Source: a virus
IMG/VR virus record: IMGVR_UViG_3300027782_003601
Span: 32,001-96,000 of that record
Strand: one strand, 5' to 3'
DNA length: 64,000 nt
Shown here: positions 18,241 to 27,310 of the stretch, piece by piece
How positions within the stretch are numbered: the stretch's first letter is position 1
Layout: every line of letters starts with the position of its first letter
Program-made: the position numbers and the translations under genes
Notes under the pieces: model-generated
What the model was told of the DNA's origin: nothing
Databases searched by the model: none
The model's input: the letters and a program-made list of their open reading frames with translations, nothing else

Positions 18241-18549
18241 ATGACCCTTTCCGAAACCCCCATCCCCACACAAGTCCAAAGAAACTTTCTTACCGACCTC
18301 AATCTTTTCATTGAGTACTGTAACGATTTCTACAACATTAAGAGTGGTGTGTACCCCATCGCAAAACGTAGTGAAATTATCAACGCAATCGGTGAGTACC
18401 TTACAGAACCCCATCCATATGATATTCAGTTTGATTCTATAGATAGAGAGAAAGTGAGAGAGATATTAGAACCATCTTACAGTTGGGCAGGTGTTAGTGG
18501 TGGTATTTCTTTCGGTCCTGCTATTGAATTTACAGTTTGTGAAGAATAA
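18241..18549 (+). CDS. hypothetical early protein
   Basis: DFYNIKSGVYP...FDSIDREKVREIL. Confidence 0.65.
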   Translation: MTLSETPIPTQVQRNFLTDLNLFIEYCNDFYNIKSGVYPIAKRSEIINAIGEYLTEPHPYDIQFDSIDREKVREILEPSYSWAGVSGGISFGPAIEFTVCEE

Positions 18550-18576
18550 TTTTTAAACTTTAAAACCCCTTATATT

Positions 18577-18810
18577 ATGAAAAAGTTCACTATTGAAGAA
18601 ATCCGAAATTTTGCTGAAAACCTTAACGCAGTTGAGTTTGAAGCCTTTTGTGATAAAGCTAAAATCCACACAAGTTGGTTGGATATTGATAACCTTATGA
18701 ACTATAACCAAGGTTATTACAACGTAGAGTTACGAGATTATGATTTGTTTGTAAGTTACTACGATGGTGTATTAGAAGAGTTTACTGAATTAGAACTACA
18801 ATATAACTAA
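18577..18810 (+). CDS. acidic hypothetical protein
   Basis: ORF with CCCCTT leader. Confidence 0.6.
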   Translation: MKKFTIEEIRNFAENLNAVEFEAFCDKAKIHTSWLDIDNLMNYNQGYYNVELRDYDLFVSYYDGVLEEFTELELQYN

Positions 18811-18815
18811 AAGAT

Positions 18816-19055
18816 ATGAATACTTTAGAAATAGTTGGTTACTTTGCAATGGGATTATCTGTTTTATCCTTTGCGCTTTCTAAACAAAAGTTAGTAAGAA
18901 CAGTCAACTTAGTTGCTTGTTTGATTTGGGTATGGTATGGATTTTTAATTCAAAACAATCCTACTATCATCGTCAACGTTATGGTGTGTATGGTACACTT
19001 TTTTTGGTTTATTAAAAGATGGCATAGGATTCACAAATTAAATCGTAAAGGATAA
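18816..19055 (+). CDS. 3-TM YgjV/PQ-loop-like membrane protein
   Basis: IVGYFA...SF...RTVNLVACLIWVWYGFLI..PTIIVN. Confidence 0.65.
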   Translation: MNTLEIVGYFAMGLSVLSFALSKQKLVRTVNLVACLIWVWYGFLIQNNPTIIVNVMVCMVHFFWFIKRWHRIHKLNRKG

Positions 19056-19060
19056 AAATA

Positions 19061-19411
19061 ATGGAAAATAAAGAATTTTTAAGTCACTCACAATGCCAAG
19101 CATTAGCCGAATTAAACTACGATGGGGATTATGATTATACCTATCATGCAACAGGAGAACTATGGGAACGTATTAAGAAAGCAAAGGTTGAAAGACACAC
19201 ACCAGCACCACTCAAACAACAAGTATTTAGATGGTTTAGGGAGAAGTATGATGCACATATTCATCCAACAAAACTTATGCCGGATGTCTATATAATTCAT
19301 TATGGCACATGGACAAGCATAACATTCAATACCTATGAAGAAGCCGAAAGTGCATGTATAGATAAATTTATTGAACTAGCTAAACAAGACAATGAAAATT
19401 ATACTAAATAA
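19061..19411 (+). CDS. conserved phage hypothetical protein
   Basis: APLKQQVFRWFREKY...TYEEAESACIDKFIE. Confidence 0.65.
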   Translation: MENKEFLSHSQCQALAELNYDGDYDYTYHATGELWERIKKAKVERHTPAPLKQQVFRWFREKYDAHIHPTKLMPDVYIIHYGTWTSITFNTYEEAESACIDKFIELAKQDNENYTK

Positions 19412-20045
19412 GGGACAAAATTTGTGGTTTACATCTGATACTCACTACAATCATGCCAACATATGCTCATCCACAACTCAATGGTCTAACCCAGTTACAT
19501 TAAGGGATTTTAAAACATTAGAACATATGAACGCCCACATTGTTGGTAACATCAACGAAATGGTCGGACAAGATGATATCCTTTTTCATTTAGGTGATTG
19601 GTCATTTGGTGGATTTGAACAAATACAAATATTCAGAGATAGTATTTTTTGTAAAAACGTTCACATCATTACAGGTAATCATGACCACCATATTGAAAGA
19701 AACAAAGAAGATGTACAATCTCTTTTTAGTTCAGTAAACAAATATGTAGAATTGAATGTAAAATGGGATGTTGCGACTCAATTACAAAGAGAACAAAGTT
19801 TTATTTTAATGCACTTTCCGATTGCAAGTTGGAACAATTTGGCAAAAGGAGTAATTCACTTACATGGACACGTTCACTTACCAGCAGAACGTAGGATTGG
19901 ACCAGGTAAAATTATGGATGTAGGAGTTGATGGTAATGGTTTAAATCCAATCAGTTTAGAAGAGATATTAAAGATTATGGAGAAACAACCAATTAATAGT
20001 ATGATACCGGATGACCACCATACAATTGTAGAAAATTATAGATAA
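19392..20045 (+). CDS. calcineurin-like metallophosphoesterase
   Basis: SDTH, HLGD, GNHD, HFP, HGHVH. Confidence 0.9.
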   Translation: MKIILNKGQNLWFTSDTHYNHANICSSTTQWSNPVTLRDFKTLEHMNAHIVGNINEMVGQDDILFHLGDWSFGGFEQIQIFRDSIFCKNVHIITGNHDHHIERNKEDVQSLFSSVNKYVELNVKWDVATQLQREQSFILMHFPIASWNNLAKGVIHLHGHVHLPAERRIGPGKIMDVGVDGNGLNPISLEEILKIMEKQPINSMIPDDHHTIVENYR

Positions 20046-20046
20046 A

Positions 20047-20259
20047 ATGAAAAAAATTAAATTAGTAAAATATGATTACAAATCTATGCCAAAAGAATGG
20101 AGAGTAGATAATCCAAATCCATTTGAAGGACAAGTATTTGCTTTAATTGGTGAAGTAAAAGGAATGCCGGGTCATTCTTATTTACAAAATATAGAAACTG
20201 GTGTACCAATTATATTGGATACCGATAACTTAATTGAATTAAATGAAGATGAATTATGA
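20047..20259 (+). CDS. hypothetical protein
   Basis: ORF with ATGA coupling. Confidence 0.6.
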   Translation: MKKIKLVKYDYKSMPKEWRVDNPNPFEGQVFALIGEVKGMPGHSYLQNIETGVPIILDTDNLIELNEDEL

Positions 20260-20675
20260 TACCAAAGATATTAATATTATTAAGAGGATTACCAGGTAGT
20301 GGTAAATCAACATTTGCTAAAACTATGTGGAGTGAGTATGTAATTTGTGAAGCAGATGATTATTTTGTAGATAAGGAAACCGGCGAATATAAGTTCAACG
20401 CAAGGGATTTACCTAAAGCACATAATTGGTGTAGATTTAGAGTAGAAACATTTATGAAGGATAATATAGCAAATGAACAATTCTATTCCGAAATTGTAGT
20501 ATCAAACACATTCACACAAGAGTGGGAGATGGAAGAGTACTTTAAGTTAGCCAAAGAATACGGATATAAAGTATTCACTCTAATCGTTGAGAACAGACAT
20601 GGTGGTGTGAATGGGCACGGAGTACCAAAAGAAAAGTTAGAACAAATGAAAGATAGATTCAGTATTAAATTGTAA
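20256..20675 (+). CDS. P-loop polynucleotide kinase-like protein (AAA_33)
   Basis: RGLPGSGKST, EADDYF, VVSNTF, HGVP. Confidence 0.85.
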   Translation: MIPKILILLRGLPGSGKSTFAKTMWSEYVICEADDYFVDKETGEYKFNARDLPKAHNWCRFRVETFMKDNIANEQFYSEIVVSNTFTQEWEMEEYFKLAKEYGYKVFTLIVENRHGGVNGHGVPKEKLEQMKDRFSIKL

Positions 20676-20678
20676 GTT

Positions 20679-20951
20679 ATGAAACCACCAAAAGATTACG
20701 CAGAAGAGTTAATAGAAAAATTTAAGCCAATGTGTCATAATGTAAAGCATACGGGTATTTTAAATGGCTTAGCAACTGTTATGAATGATGACATTATTAA
20801 TTTTTATGCAGCAAAGGAATGTGCACTAATTGCAGTAGATGAGATGATTGAATCGTATGAGTTTGATATGATAAGTGATATGACAAATCAAAGATATATA
20901 GATAAATTAAATTATTTGGATGAAGTTAGACAAGAAATAAATAAGTTATGA
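20679..20951 (+). CDS. conserved phage hypothetical protein
   Basis: AKECALIAVDEMI...EVRQEINKL. Confidence 0.6.
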   Translation: MKPPKDYAEELIEKFKPMCHNVKHTGILNGLATVMNDDIINFYAAKECALIAVDEMIESYEFDMISDMTNQRYIDKLNYLDEVRQEINKL

Positions 20952-22042
20952 AATACAATTTAGAAGTTTTAGAGGAGTATATAGATAAGGGTTTGGTGAT
21001 TAAACAAAATCATCCTACACTCCCTTTGTCTATATACAACTATTCCCGTGAATGCCAATACAATGGATTGTGGGATGATATTACTTTGAATTGCAGAGGG
21101 TTAGTGTTAGATAATAAAGGTAATGTGGTTGCTAAACCTTTTCCAAAGTTCTTTAACTATGAAGAACATAAACCAGAAGATATCCCAAATGAAAACTTTG
21201 AGGTATATGAGAAGATGGATGGCTCGTTGGGTATTGTATTCCACTACAACAATGAATGGCATGTAGCAACACGTGGTTCATTCCAATCCGACCAAGCAAT
21301 CAAAGGTAGAGAATTATTGGAAAAATATAATTTTGAAAAACTACATACCGATTACACATATTTGTTTGAAATAATTTATAATGAAAATAGAATAGTATGT
21401 AATTATGATTTTGAAGATATTGTTTTATTGGGTATAATAAATACAAAAACAGGTAATGAAGTTAATCTAAATAATGATACCGAAGATATTCGTATTAAAA
21501 ATATTATTTCTAATATTGGGTTTCGTATTGTTACATTATATAAAACTTGGGGAGAGGATTGGGAAACTTTGAAAAAAGAAATATCCAAAGATAAAGAAGG
21601 ATATGTAATTCGTTTTTCAGGTGGTATGCGAATGAAGATTAAAGGAGATGAGTATGTTCGTTTACATAGAATTCTTACCAACTTTTCTACCAAAGATATT
21701 TGGGAATTGTTAAAGAATGGAGAACCATTAGAACCATTTTTAGAAAGAGTGCCTGACGAATTTGATGATTGGGTTAAGCATACTGCTATGAATTTAAGAT
21801 GGAGTTTTCACCACATTGACGAGAGAGTAGGTAAGATGTACGACTATTTCCGTTACGGTAAGTTTAATGATAGATATCCCGAGCCAACAAAAAAAGAGTT
21901 TGCTGAATATGTAATGACTCAATCTGAAGAATTAAGACCAATTTTGTTTAAGATGTGGGATAACGCATCATATGATGATATAATTTGGAGTATGATTAAA
22001 CCGAAATATTCTAAACCATTTTCTTCTGATGAAAGTATTTAA
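20948..22042 (+). CDS. RNA ligase, T4 Rnl1/RnlA family
   Basis: CRGLVLD, PFPKFFN, EKMDGSLG (motif I), TRGSF, FEII, EGYVI, KIK. Confidence 0.92.
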   Translation: MKYNLEVLEEYIDKGLVIKQNHPTLPLSIYNYSRECQYNGLWDDITLNCRGLVLDNKGNVVAKPFPKFFNYEEHKPEDIPNENFEVYEKMDGSLGIVFHYNNEWHVATRGSFQSDQAIKGRELLEKYNFEKLHTDYTYLFEIIYNENRIVCNYDFEDIVLLGIINTKTGNEVNLNNDTEDIRIKNIISNIGFRIVTLYKTWGEDWETLKKEISKDKEGYVIRFSGGMRMKIKGDEYVRLHRILTNFSTKDIWELLKNGEPLEPFLERVPDEFDDWVKHTAMNLRWSFHHIDERVGKMYDYFRYGKFNDRYPEPTKKEFAEYVMTQSEELRPILFKMWDNASYDDIIWSMIKPKYSKPFSSDESI

Positions 22043-22108
22043 TTAATTAGTTTGGATTAAATTAAGACCAAAATTGGAATATCATATATTTATATAAAAA
22101 ATTAATAT

Positions 22109-22906
22109 ATGGCTTATACATACAAACATATCAGAAAAGATAATAATGATGTTTTTTATGTAGGAATAGGTAAAACAAAAAAACGATTATATTCACATTC
22201 AAACCGAAATAAACATTGGAAAAACATAGTAAATAAAGTTGGGTACGATGCTGAAATTATTGAAGATAATCTAACATGGGAAGAAGCTTGTGGAAAAGAA
22301 AAAGAACTTATTATGTATTATGGTAGATTTGATTTAGGGTTGGGAAAATTGGTCAATATGACAAATGGTGGGGATGGTGTTAATGGGCTAATACATACCG
22401 CCGAACATCGCATGAAAAATAGTTTATCAAATAAAAATAAAATTGTTAGCGAAGAAACTAAACAAAAAATGAGTAAATCGGCAAAAAAACGTGGAATTAA
22501 ACCACCATCAAAACCGATTGGGTGGAAACATTCAGAGGACGCTATAAAAAAAATGAGTGAATCACATAAACATATACATAATGGTGATTTGAATAATTTT
22601 TTTGGAAAAACACATACTGATGAAGTTAAAGAAAAATTAAGAAATTTACGTTTGGGTAAAAAAATGAGTGAAGAAACAAAAGAAAAAATATCCAAATCAA
22701 ATGTAGGAAAAAAAAGAAAACCATTTTCTGAAGAAACTAAACAAAAAATGGCAGAATCCGCTAAAAAACGTGGAGCTAAACCGCCATCACGATTAGGTAA
22801 AAATCATAGTGAAGAAACTAAACAGAAAATGAGAGAGGTTGCCAACAGTAAAATTACCAATAAGATAGAGTACGAAAAACCTTTTAAAAAAGATGAAAAT
22901 AATTAA
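22109..22906 (+). mobile_element. free-standing GIY-YIG homing endonuclease with NUMOD3 repeats
   Basis: YTY...FYVGIG...R...E...LVN catalytic domain; repeated (H)SEETKQKMS units. Confidence 0.85.
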
Positions 22907-22913
22907 AGTTTTA

Positions 22914-22968
22914 CTTGACTTTTAATCCAGAATTTTGTATCTTTACTATGTAGTTCGGGTTGAGCTAC
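22914..22968 (+). promoter_or_regulatory. early promoter with 5' hairpin
   Basis: CTTG-N20-TATCTTTA; GTAGTTC-gggtt-GAGCTAC stem. Confidence 0.75.
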
Positions 22969-22986
22969 TTTAAACCCCTTTCCGAT

Positions 22987-23346
22987 ATGAGCTTACCATT
23001 TAACCTTAGTTCAGTTTTAGCCACCGCTTCTTTAGTAGAAGGGTTTGATGTTGTTAAAAATGCTTTCCCAGTTGAGGGACGATTTACAAAAAGTATCATC
23101 ACTTATGGTGATGCAGTTCATTCAGCACTTTCAGATGTTGCTGATGATTATATGGATTGGCCAGAAGACCAAGGGTTTGGTTCTTCCGATATGACTTATG
23201 TTCGTAAGTCGTTCATTGATTCATTGATTGATATGGCTAACCTACGTGGTTATTACGAAACTAAATTTTCTCCTTATCTTAAAGTTGTGGAATATTCGGA
23301 AGCTGAGTATCACGAACAACAACTGCGTAGAGAGCAGGGATTGTAA
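22987..23346 (+). CDS. hypothetical early protein (start revised from 22960)
   Basis: ATG preceded by the AAACCCCTTTCC leader. Confidence 0.65.
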   Translation: MSLPFNLSSVLATASLVEGFDVVKNAFPVEGRFTKSIITYGDAVHSALSDVADDYMDWPEDQGFGSSDMTYVRKSFIDSLIDMANLRGYYETKFSPYLKVVEYSEAEYHEQQLRREQGL

Positions 23347-23378
23347 TTATTATTGTTAAACTTTAAAACTTAAAACTT

Positions 23379-23624
23379 ATGTCAAATTTTCAATTTACTT
23401 TTAAAACAGATGCTGAATACTTTTCAAAGAAATTTACCGGCTATATTCCTAATTACGAATGTGTTAGGATGACAATTGCTAGACCCAATGGTAGTACGAT
23501 AGATTTCCCCATTCATACTGAAGAGGAATATACTACTTACTTATCTAAATATGTAAGGAATGGTGATAAGATTCTTAACACTTACCCAACCACTACTTTT
23601 TACGAATCAGAATATTGTTATTAA
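23379..23624 (+). CDS. hypothetical protein
   Basis: ORF. Confidence 0.6.
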   Translation: MSNFQFTFKTDAEYFSKKFTGYIPNYECVRMTIARPNGSTIDFPIHTEEEYTTYLSKYVRNGDKILNTYPTTTFYESEYCY

Positions 23625-23648
23625 ACTTAAAACTTAAATTATAAAATT

Positions 23649-24101
23649 ATGGGATTAGACATGTATTTAGAGAAGCGTACCTATGTTAAACAATGGAGCT
23701 TTCAAAAACCAGAAGAGCAGTATAATGTAGAAGTAACCAAAGGTGGTGAACCTACAAACATTAAACCTGAAAGGGTTACTCATATTGTTGAGGAAATTGG
23801 ATATTGGCGAAAGCAAAACCAAATACACCAATGGTTCGTTGAGAATGTACAGAATGGTGTAGATAATTGTGGTGAGTATTGTGTTAGTAAAGTTCAGTTA
23901 GAAGATTTGTTGGAAATATGTAAGAAAATACTAAACGATAATTCATTAGCAGAGGAATTATTACCAACTACAAGTGGTTTCTTCTTTGGTGGAACTGAAT
24001 ATGATGAATGGTACTTTGATGGTATTAAAAACACTATTGAGATTTTAGAAGAAGCATTATCTGATAATAGTGGCGATTACTATTACTCTTCATCTTGGTA
24101 A
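23649..24101 (+). CDS. conserved phage protein (MGLDMY / YWRK family)
   Basis: MGLDMYL, YWRKQNQIHQWF, LPTTSGFFFG, YYSSSW. Confidence 0.75.
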   Translation: MGLDMYLEKRTYVKQWSFQKPEEQYNVEVTKGGEPTNIKPERVTHIVEEIGYWRKQNQIHQWFVENVQNGVDNCGEYCVSKVQLEDLLEICKKILNDNSLAEELLPTTSGFFFGGTEYDEWYFDGIKNTIEILEEALSDNSGDYYYSSSW

Positions 24102-24121
24102 ACTTTTAAAATAATAAAAAA

Positions 24122-24379
24122 ATGAAAAAAATAATAGGATTACTTTTAATTTCAATCATATTGGTTTCCTGCTATGGAAATGGCATTGAAAAATCAAAAA
24201 CAAATAATGATGATTACGATGTTACCTATCTTTTTGAAAAAGATGATGTAAAGGTTTATCGTTTTTCGGATGGATTAAATTATCATTATTTTACAAGTAG
24301 AGGTGAAACCATAACAACACAGACAAGTGGTAGTGGTAAAAATGAAACTCATCGTGAAGAAAACATAAAATCTTATTAA
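24122..24379 (+). CDS. lipoprotein, DUF4884-like
   Basis: Lipobox LVSC; YLFEKDDVKVYRFSDG...HYFT. Confidence 0.6.
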   Translation: MKKIIGLLLISIILVSCYGNGIEKSKTNNDDYDVTYLFEKDDVKVYRFSDGLNYHYFTSRGETITTQTSGSGKNETHREENIKSY

Positions 24380-24380
24380 T

Positions 24381-24716
24381 ATGAAATTACTTAATGGGTT
24401 TGGTTTGATTATAATTGCCCAAATCATTTCATTCATACAATTACAAGGGCAAGGTAAGTGGGAATGGGCAAAAGAAAACCCATTCTTAATGGCAGTATGT
24501 GGTTTACCAGTTGGATATTTGTTTATTCATTCAACTCGTATAATTAATGAAGCAACAGGTGAAACCTGGCCAGGTCGTTTGATTGGGCAGGCAATCGGTA
24601 TCGTTATATTTTGTATAATGAGTTGGATTATGTTTAAAGAACCCCTAACTATAAAAACAGGAGTTTGTATTGCATTGGCATTGTGTGTAGTATTAATTCA
24701 AATTTTTTGGAAGTAA
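24381..24716 (+). CDS. small 4-TM DMT/SMR-like membrane protein
   Basis: Four hydrophobic helices; FKEPLTIKTGVCIAL. Confidence 0.55.
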   Translation: MKLLNGFGLIIIAQIISFIQLQGQGKWEWAKENPFLMAVCGLPVGYLFIHSTRIINEATGETWPGRLIGQAIGIVIFCIMSWIMFKEPLTIKTGVCIALALCVVLIQIFWK

Positions 24717-25207
24717 TGGAGCAAAAAGAATACGAAATTTATATGGCACAACAAATATCAGCATTGAATTCTAAATATAAAATGTCAGTTGCACAAACTT
24801 GGCAAGATAAATTATTAGAATCACTCAAAGATGAGGAGAATAATGGTATGCTGGTAGATACTCTTTCAAAACTTTTAGATGAACCCCCTAAAAAGAATGC
24901 AGAAAAACCTATAAAATTATCCAACCCTGGTAAGTTGGCAAGAGCTTATGATTTATTAAGTGGGGATATGGTTCTAATAAAATATATGGGAGAGACTAGT
25001 AAATCATATAGATATCTGTACACGATAGAACATAAACCCTCTAATACAGGAGAAATGCGGATAATGAAAGAAAAAAAGTATGGGTGTGTATATGTTGAGT
25101 TTGAATACCAAAACGGAGGTAAAGATGGTAGACGATATGAAATGGATGAATTTACAGATTTTGATACTTTTATGAATTTAATTGTAGATGTGATACGAAA
25201 ATTTTAA
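24716..25207 (+). CDS. possible L.I.N-family paralog (start revised)
   Basis: IKLSNPGKL ... DEFTDFDTFMNLIVDV. Confidence 0.6.
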   Translation: MEQKEYEIYMAQQISALNSKYKMSVAQTWQDKLLESLKDEENNGMLVDTLSKLLDEPPKKNAEKPIKLSNPGKLARAYDLLSGDMVLIKYMGETSKSYRYLYTIEHKPSNTGEMRIMKEKKYGCVYVEFEYQNGGKDGRRYEMDEFTDFDTFMNLIVDVIRKF

Positions 25208-25219
25208 AACGATATTTAT

Positions 25220-25576
25220 ATGTATAATTCAGAAGATATGTTAAGAGAGGAAGTTTATGACCGATTAGCAGAGGATTTTGGTACAACTATTGCGGTTGCA
25301 CATATTCTTGGTTACAAACATATAGAAGATGAGAAGCAAGATTATGAGCCAGTTCAGTATCGTAATATGAAATCTCAATTGGATGTGAATGGTATCATTT
25401 CTGAAGCAATTGATGGCAGTAAATATCAAACTTTACAAAGAGAGTTATTCCGATTAAAAGGTAAAATTTCACCAAAAATTAAGGAAACTACTATTTATAA
25501 TAAAGTTTGGAAAGATATAAATGGCAAAGCAACCAATAGAGCAAAACCCAAAGAGGTACAAAAAGAAGGAAGATAA
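25220..25576 (+). CDS. hypothetical protein
   Basis: ORF with ATATTTATA motif at its 5' end. Confidence 0.6.
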   Translation: MYNSEDMLREEVYDRLAEDFGTTIAVAHILGYKHIEDEKQDYEPVQYRNMKSQLDVNGIISEAIDGSKYQTLQRELFRLKGKISPKIKETTIYNKVWKDINGKATNRAKPKEVQKEGR

Positions 25577-26585
25577 ATGGATTATATCCGCACTCCCAGA
25601 AGAACCTACAAAGGAACAAATTGCAATAATAAAACCATTAGAGTTAGAAGTTGGAAAACCTATCCCAAAAGATAAGTTAATTCCACTTTTAGCTGTCAAT
25701 GGTATTGTTGTTAAGATAAATGATTTTTACATTTTATCGGAACAAACACTTTCCGATATAAAAAATTCCAATAATCCACACTACGACATTGTTGAAAATG
25801 GTAAAGTAATGGGAATACCTATGGGTAAAACTATACCTATTATTGAAATATCGGATAAGCAGTTAGAAGCAATTGGAAATACAAGAGATATTGCAAATAA
25901 AAATGCAGGTGTTAAATCAGTTGATTATATCTATGAAACTGAACTTGAAATGGGAATTCCTATTGGATTAATTAATCAAATCAATTATACACTATCTCCA
26001 GATATTTCAAGACCATCCGATAGATTTGAAACATTTGATTGGGCATTACAATCAGAACGCAATCCTAATGCGTATAATGTAAATCAATTAAAAAATGATA
26101 CTGCACAAGATAAAGAAAAATCATTAGATACTAAAAAAATGGCAACATTTTTAACCGGAGTTAGTTCTCTTTTGAAAATAATACAAAAAGATTTTGAAGA
26201 TGTTAAACAATGTTTTCAAAATGCAACATTACCCGGATTATCAACAACTACTTGGGATATGGTTGCAACAACCGATACATCAAATGATACATCTATTAAA
26301 CCACAAGTTGTTTCAAAATCTTCTACAATAGTGGCAGTTGGTGACACACCATTAGTTGCTAAAGAAAAAGCATTGAAAAAAGAACAAGATACAATTAAAG
26401 CGGATGTGGAAGCTGCTAAAACATCATTGGAACAAAAGATATCACAACAATCCGATGATTTCCAAAGAGCACAGCAGGGAGATATGGAAGCGCAAAATAG
26501 ATTAAGACAAGAAATTGCCAATACACAAGCTACTACTTCTGATGTTTATAGTAAATACGAAAAATTGAGTAAGAATATTCAATAA
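25521..26585 (+). CDS. hypothetical protein with C-terminal coiled coil
   Basis: Long ORF. Confidence 0.65.
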   Translation: MAKQPIEQNPKRYKKKEDKWIISALPEEPTKEQIAIIKPLELEVGKPIPKDKLIPLLAVNGIVVKINDFYILSEQTLSDIKNSNNPHYDIVENGKVMGIPMGKTIPIIEISDKQLEAIGNTRDIANKNAGVKSVDYIYETELEMGIPIGLINQINYTLSPDISRPSDRFETFDWALQSERNPNAYNVNQLKNDTAQDKEKSLDTKKMATFLTGVSSLLKIIQKDFEDVKQCFQNATLPGLSTTTWDMVATTDTSNDTSIKPQVVSKSSTIVAVGDTPLVAKEKALKKEQDTIKADVEAAKTSLEQKISQQSDDFQRAQQGDMEAQNRLRQEIANTQATTSDVYSKYEKLSKNIQ

Positions 26586-26759
26586 TGAAAAAAATTCAAA
26601 TCTATACTAAATTAGTATTTGATATTATTATGGGAATTATAATGATTCCATTTATATTGATTATGTTAGGTGTTATTGTATTTGCATTATTTTTCCATTT
26701 TTCATATTGGTGGTATATCCGTAGAATAAAAAAATAAAAGTTATATATTTAAATATGTT

Positions 26760-27062
26760 ATGAATCTATCAGTTTTAAATACGTTGGAAAGAGGTTATGT
26801 TAAGTTACATTGGCATGAATACATTGAACGTGTCCAACTTACAATAGAACATTTGGAAACTATTGTAGATATGATTAATAATTTTAAATCAAACAAATCA
26901 GCAAAAGAATTAGTTGTATTTCGTTTCCAAAATATTCCCGCATATATTACAATTAAAAAAAGTGAATACATAGATATATTAAATTGGATACATGAACGTG
27001 CTTTGACTTTGGAAATATACGAATTATGTAAAAAAATAATTGATATAAAAAAATCGTTATGA
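26760..27062 (+). CDS. protein with UVR-like C-terminal motif
   Basis: ALTLEIYELCKKIIDIKK; resembles 2126..2494. Confidence 0.5.
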   Translation: MNLSVLNTLERGYVKLHWHEYIERVQLTIEHLETIVDMINNFKSNKSAKELVVFRFQNIPAYITIKKSEYIDILNWIHERALTLEIYELCKKIIDIKKSL

Positions 27063-27310
27063 ATACTCCTTCAGAAATAATTAAAGCTTGGTGGATTGCC
27101 GCAAATCCATCTAAAGAACAATCAGAGTTAGCGCAAGAGCGATTATCAATATGCATGAAACCATGTGATTATCTTCAAGAATCTATTGTATTTGAATATG
27201 TATGTGGCGCTTGTGGGTGTCCCATTCGTAAAAAGATTTTTACTGCTAATAAAAAAGCATGTCCAAAAGAAAAATGGAATGAAGTAGAAGATAAATCGTA
27301 TCTTAAATAA
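27059..27310 (+). CDS. Cys-rich zinc-binding protein
   Basis: RLSICMKPC, CGACGCP, CPKEKW. Confidence 0.7.
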   Translation: MNTPSEIIKAWWIAANPSKEQSELAQERLSICMKPCDYLQESIVFEYVCGACGCPIRKKIFTANKKACPKEKWNEVEDKSYLK

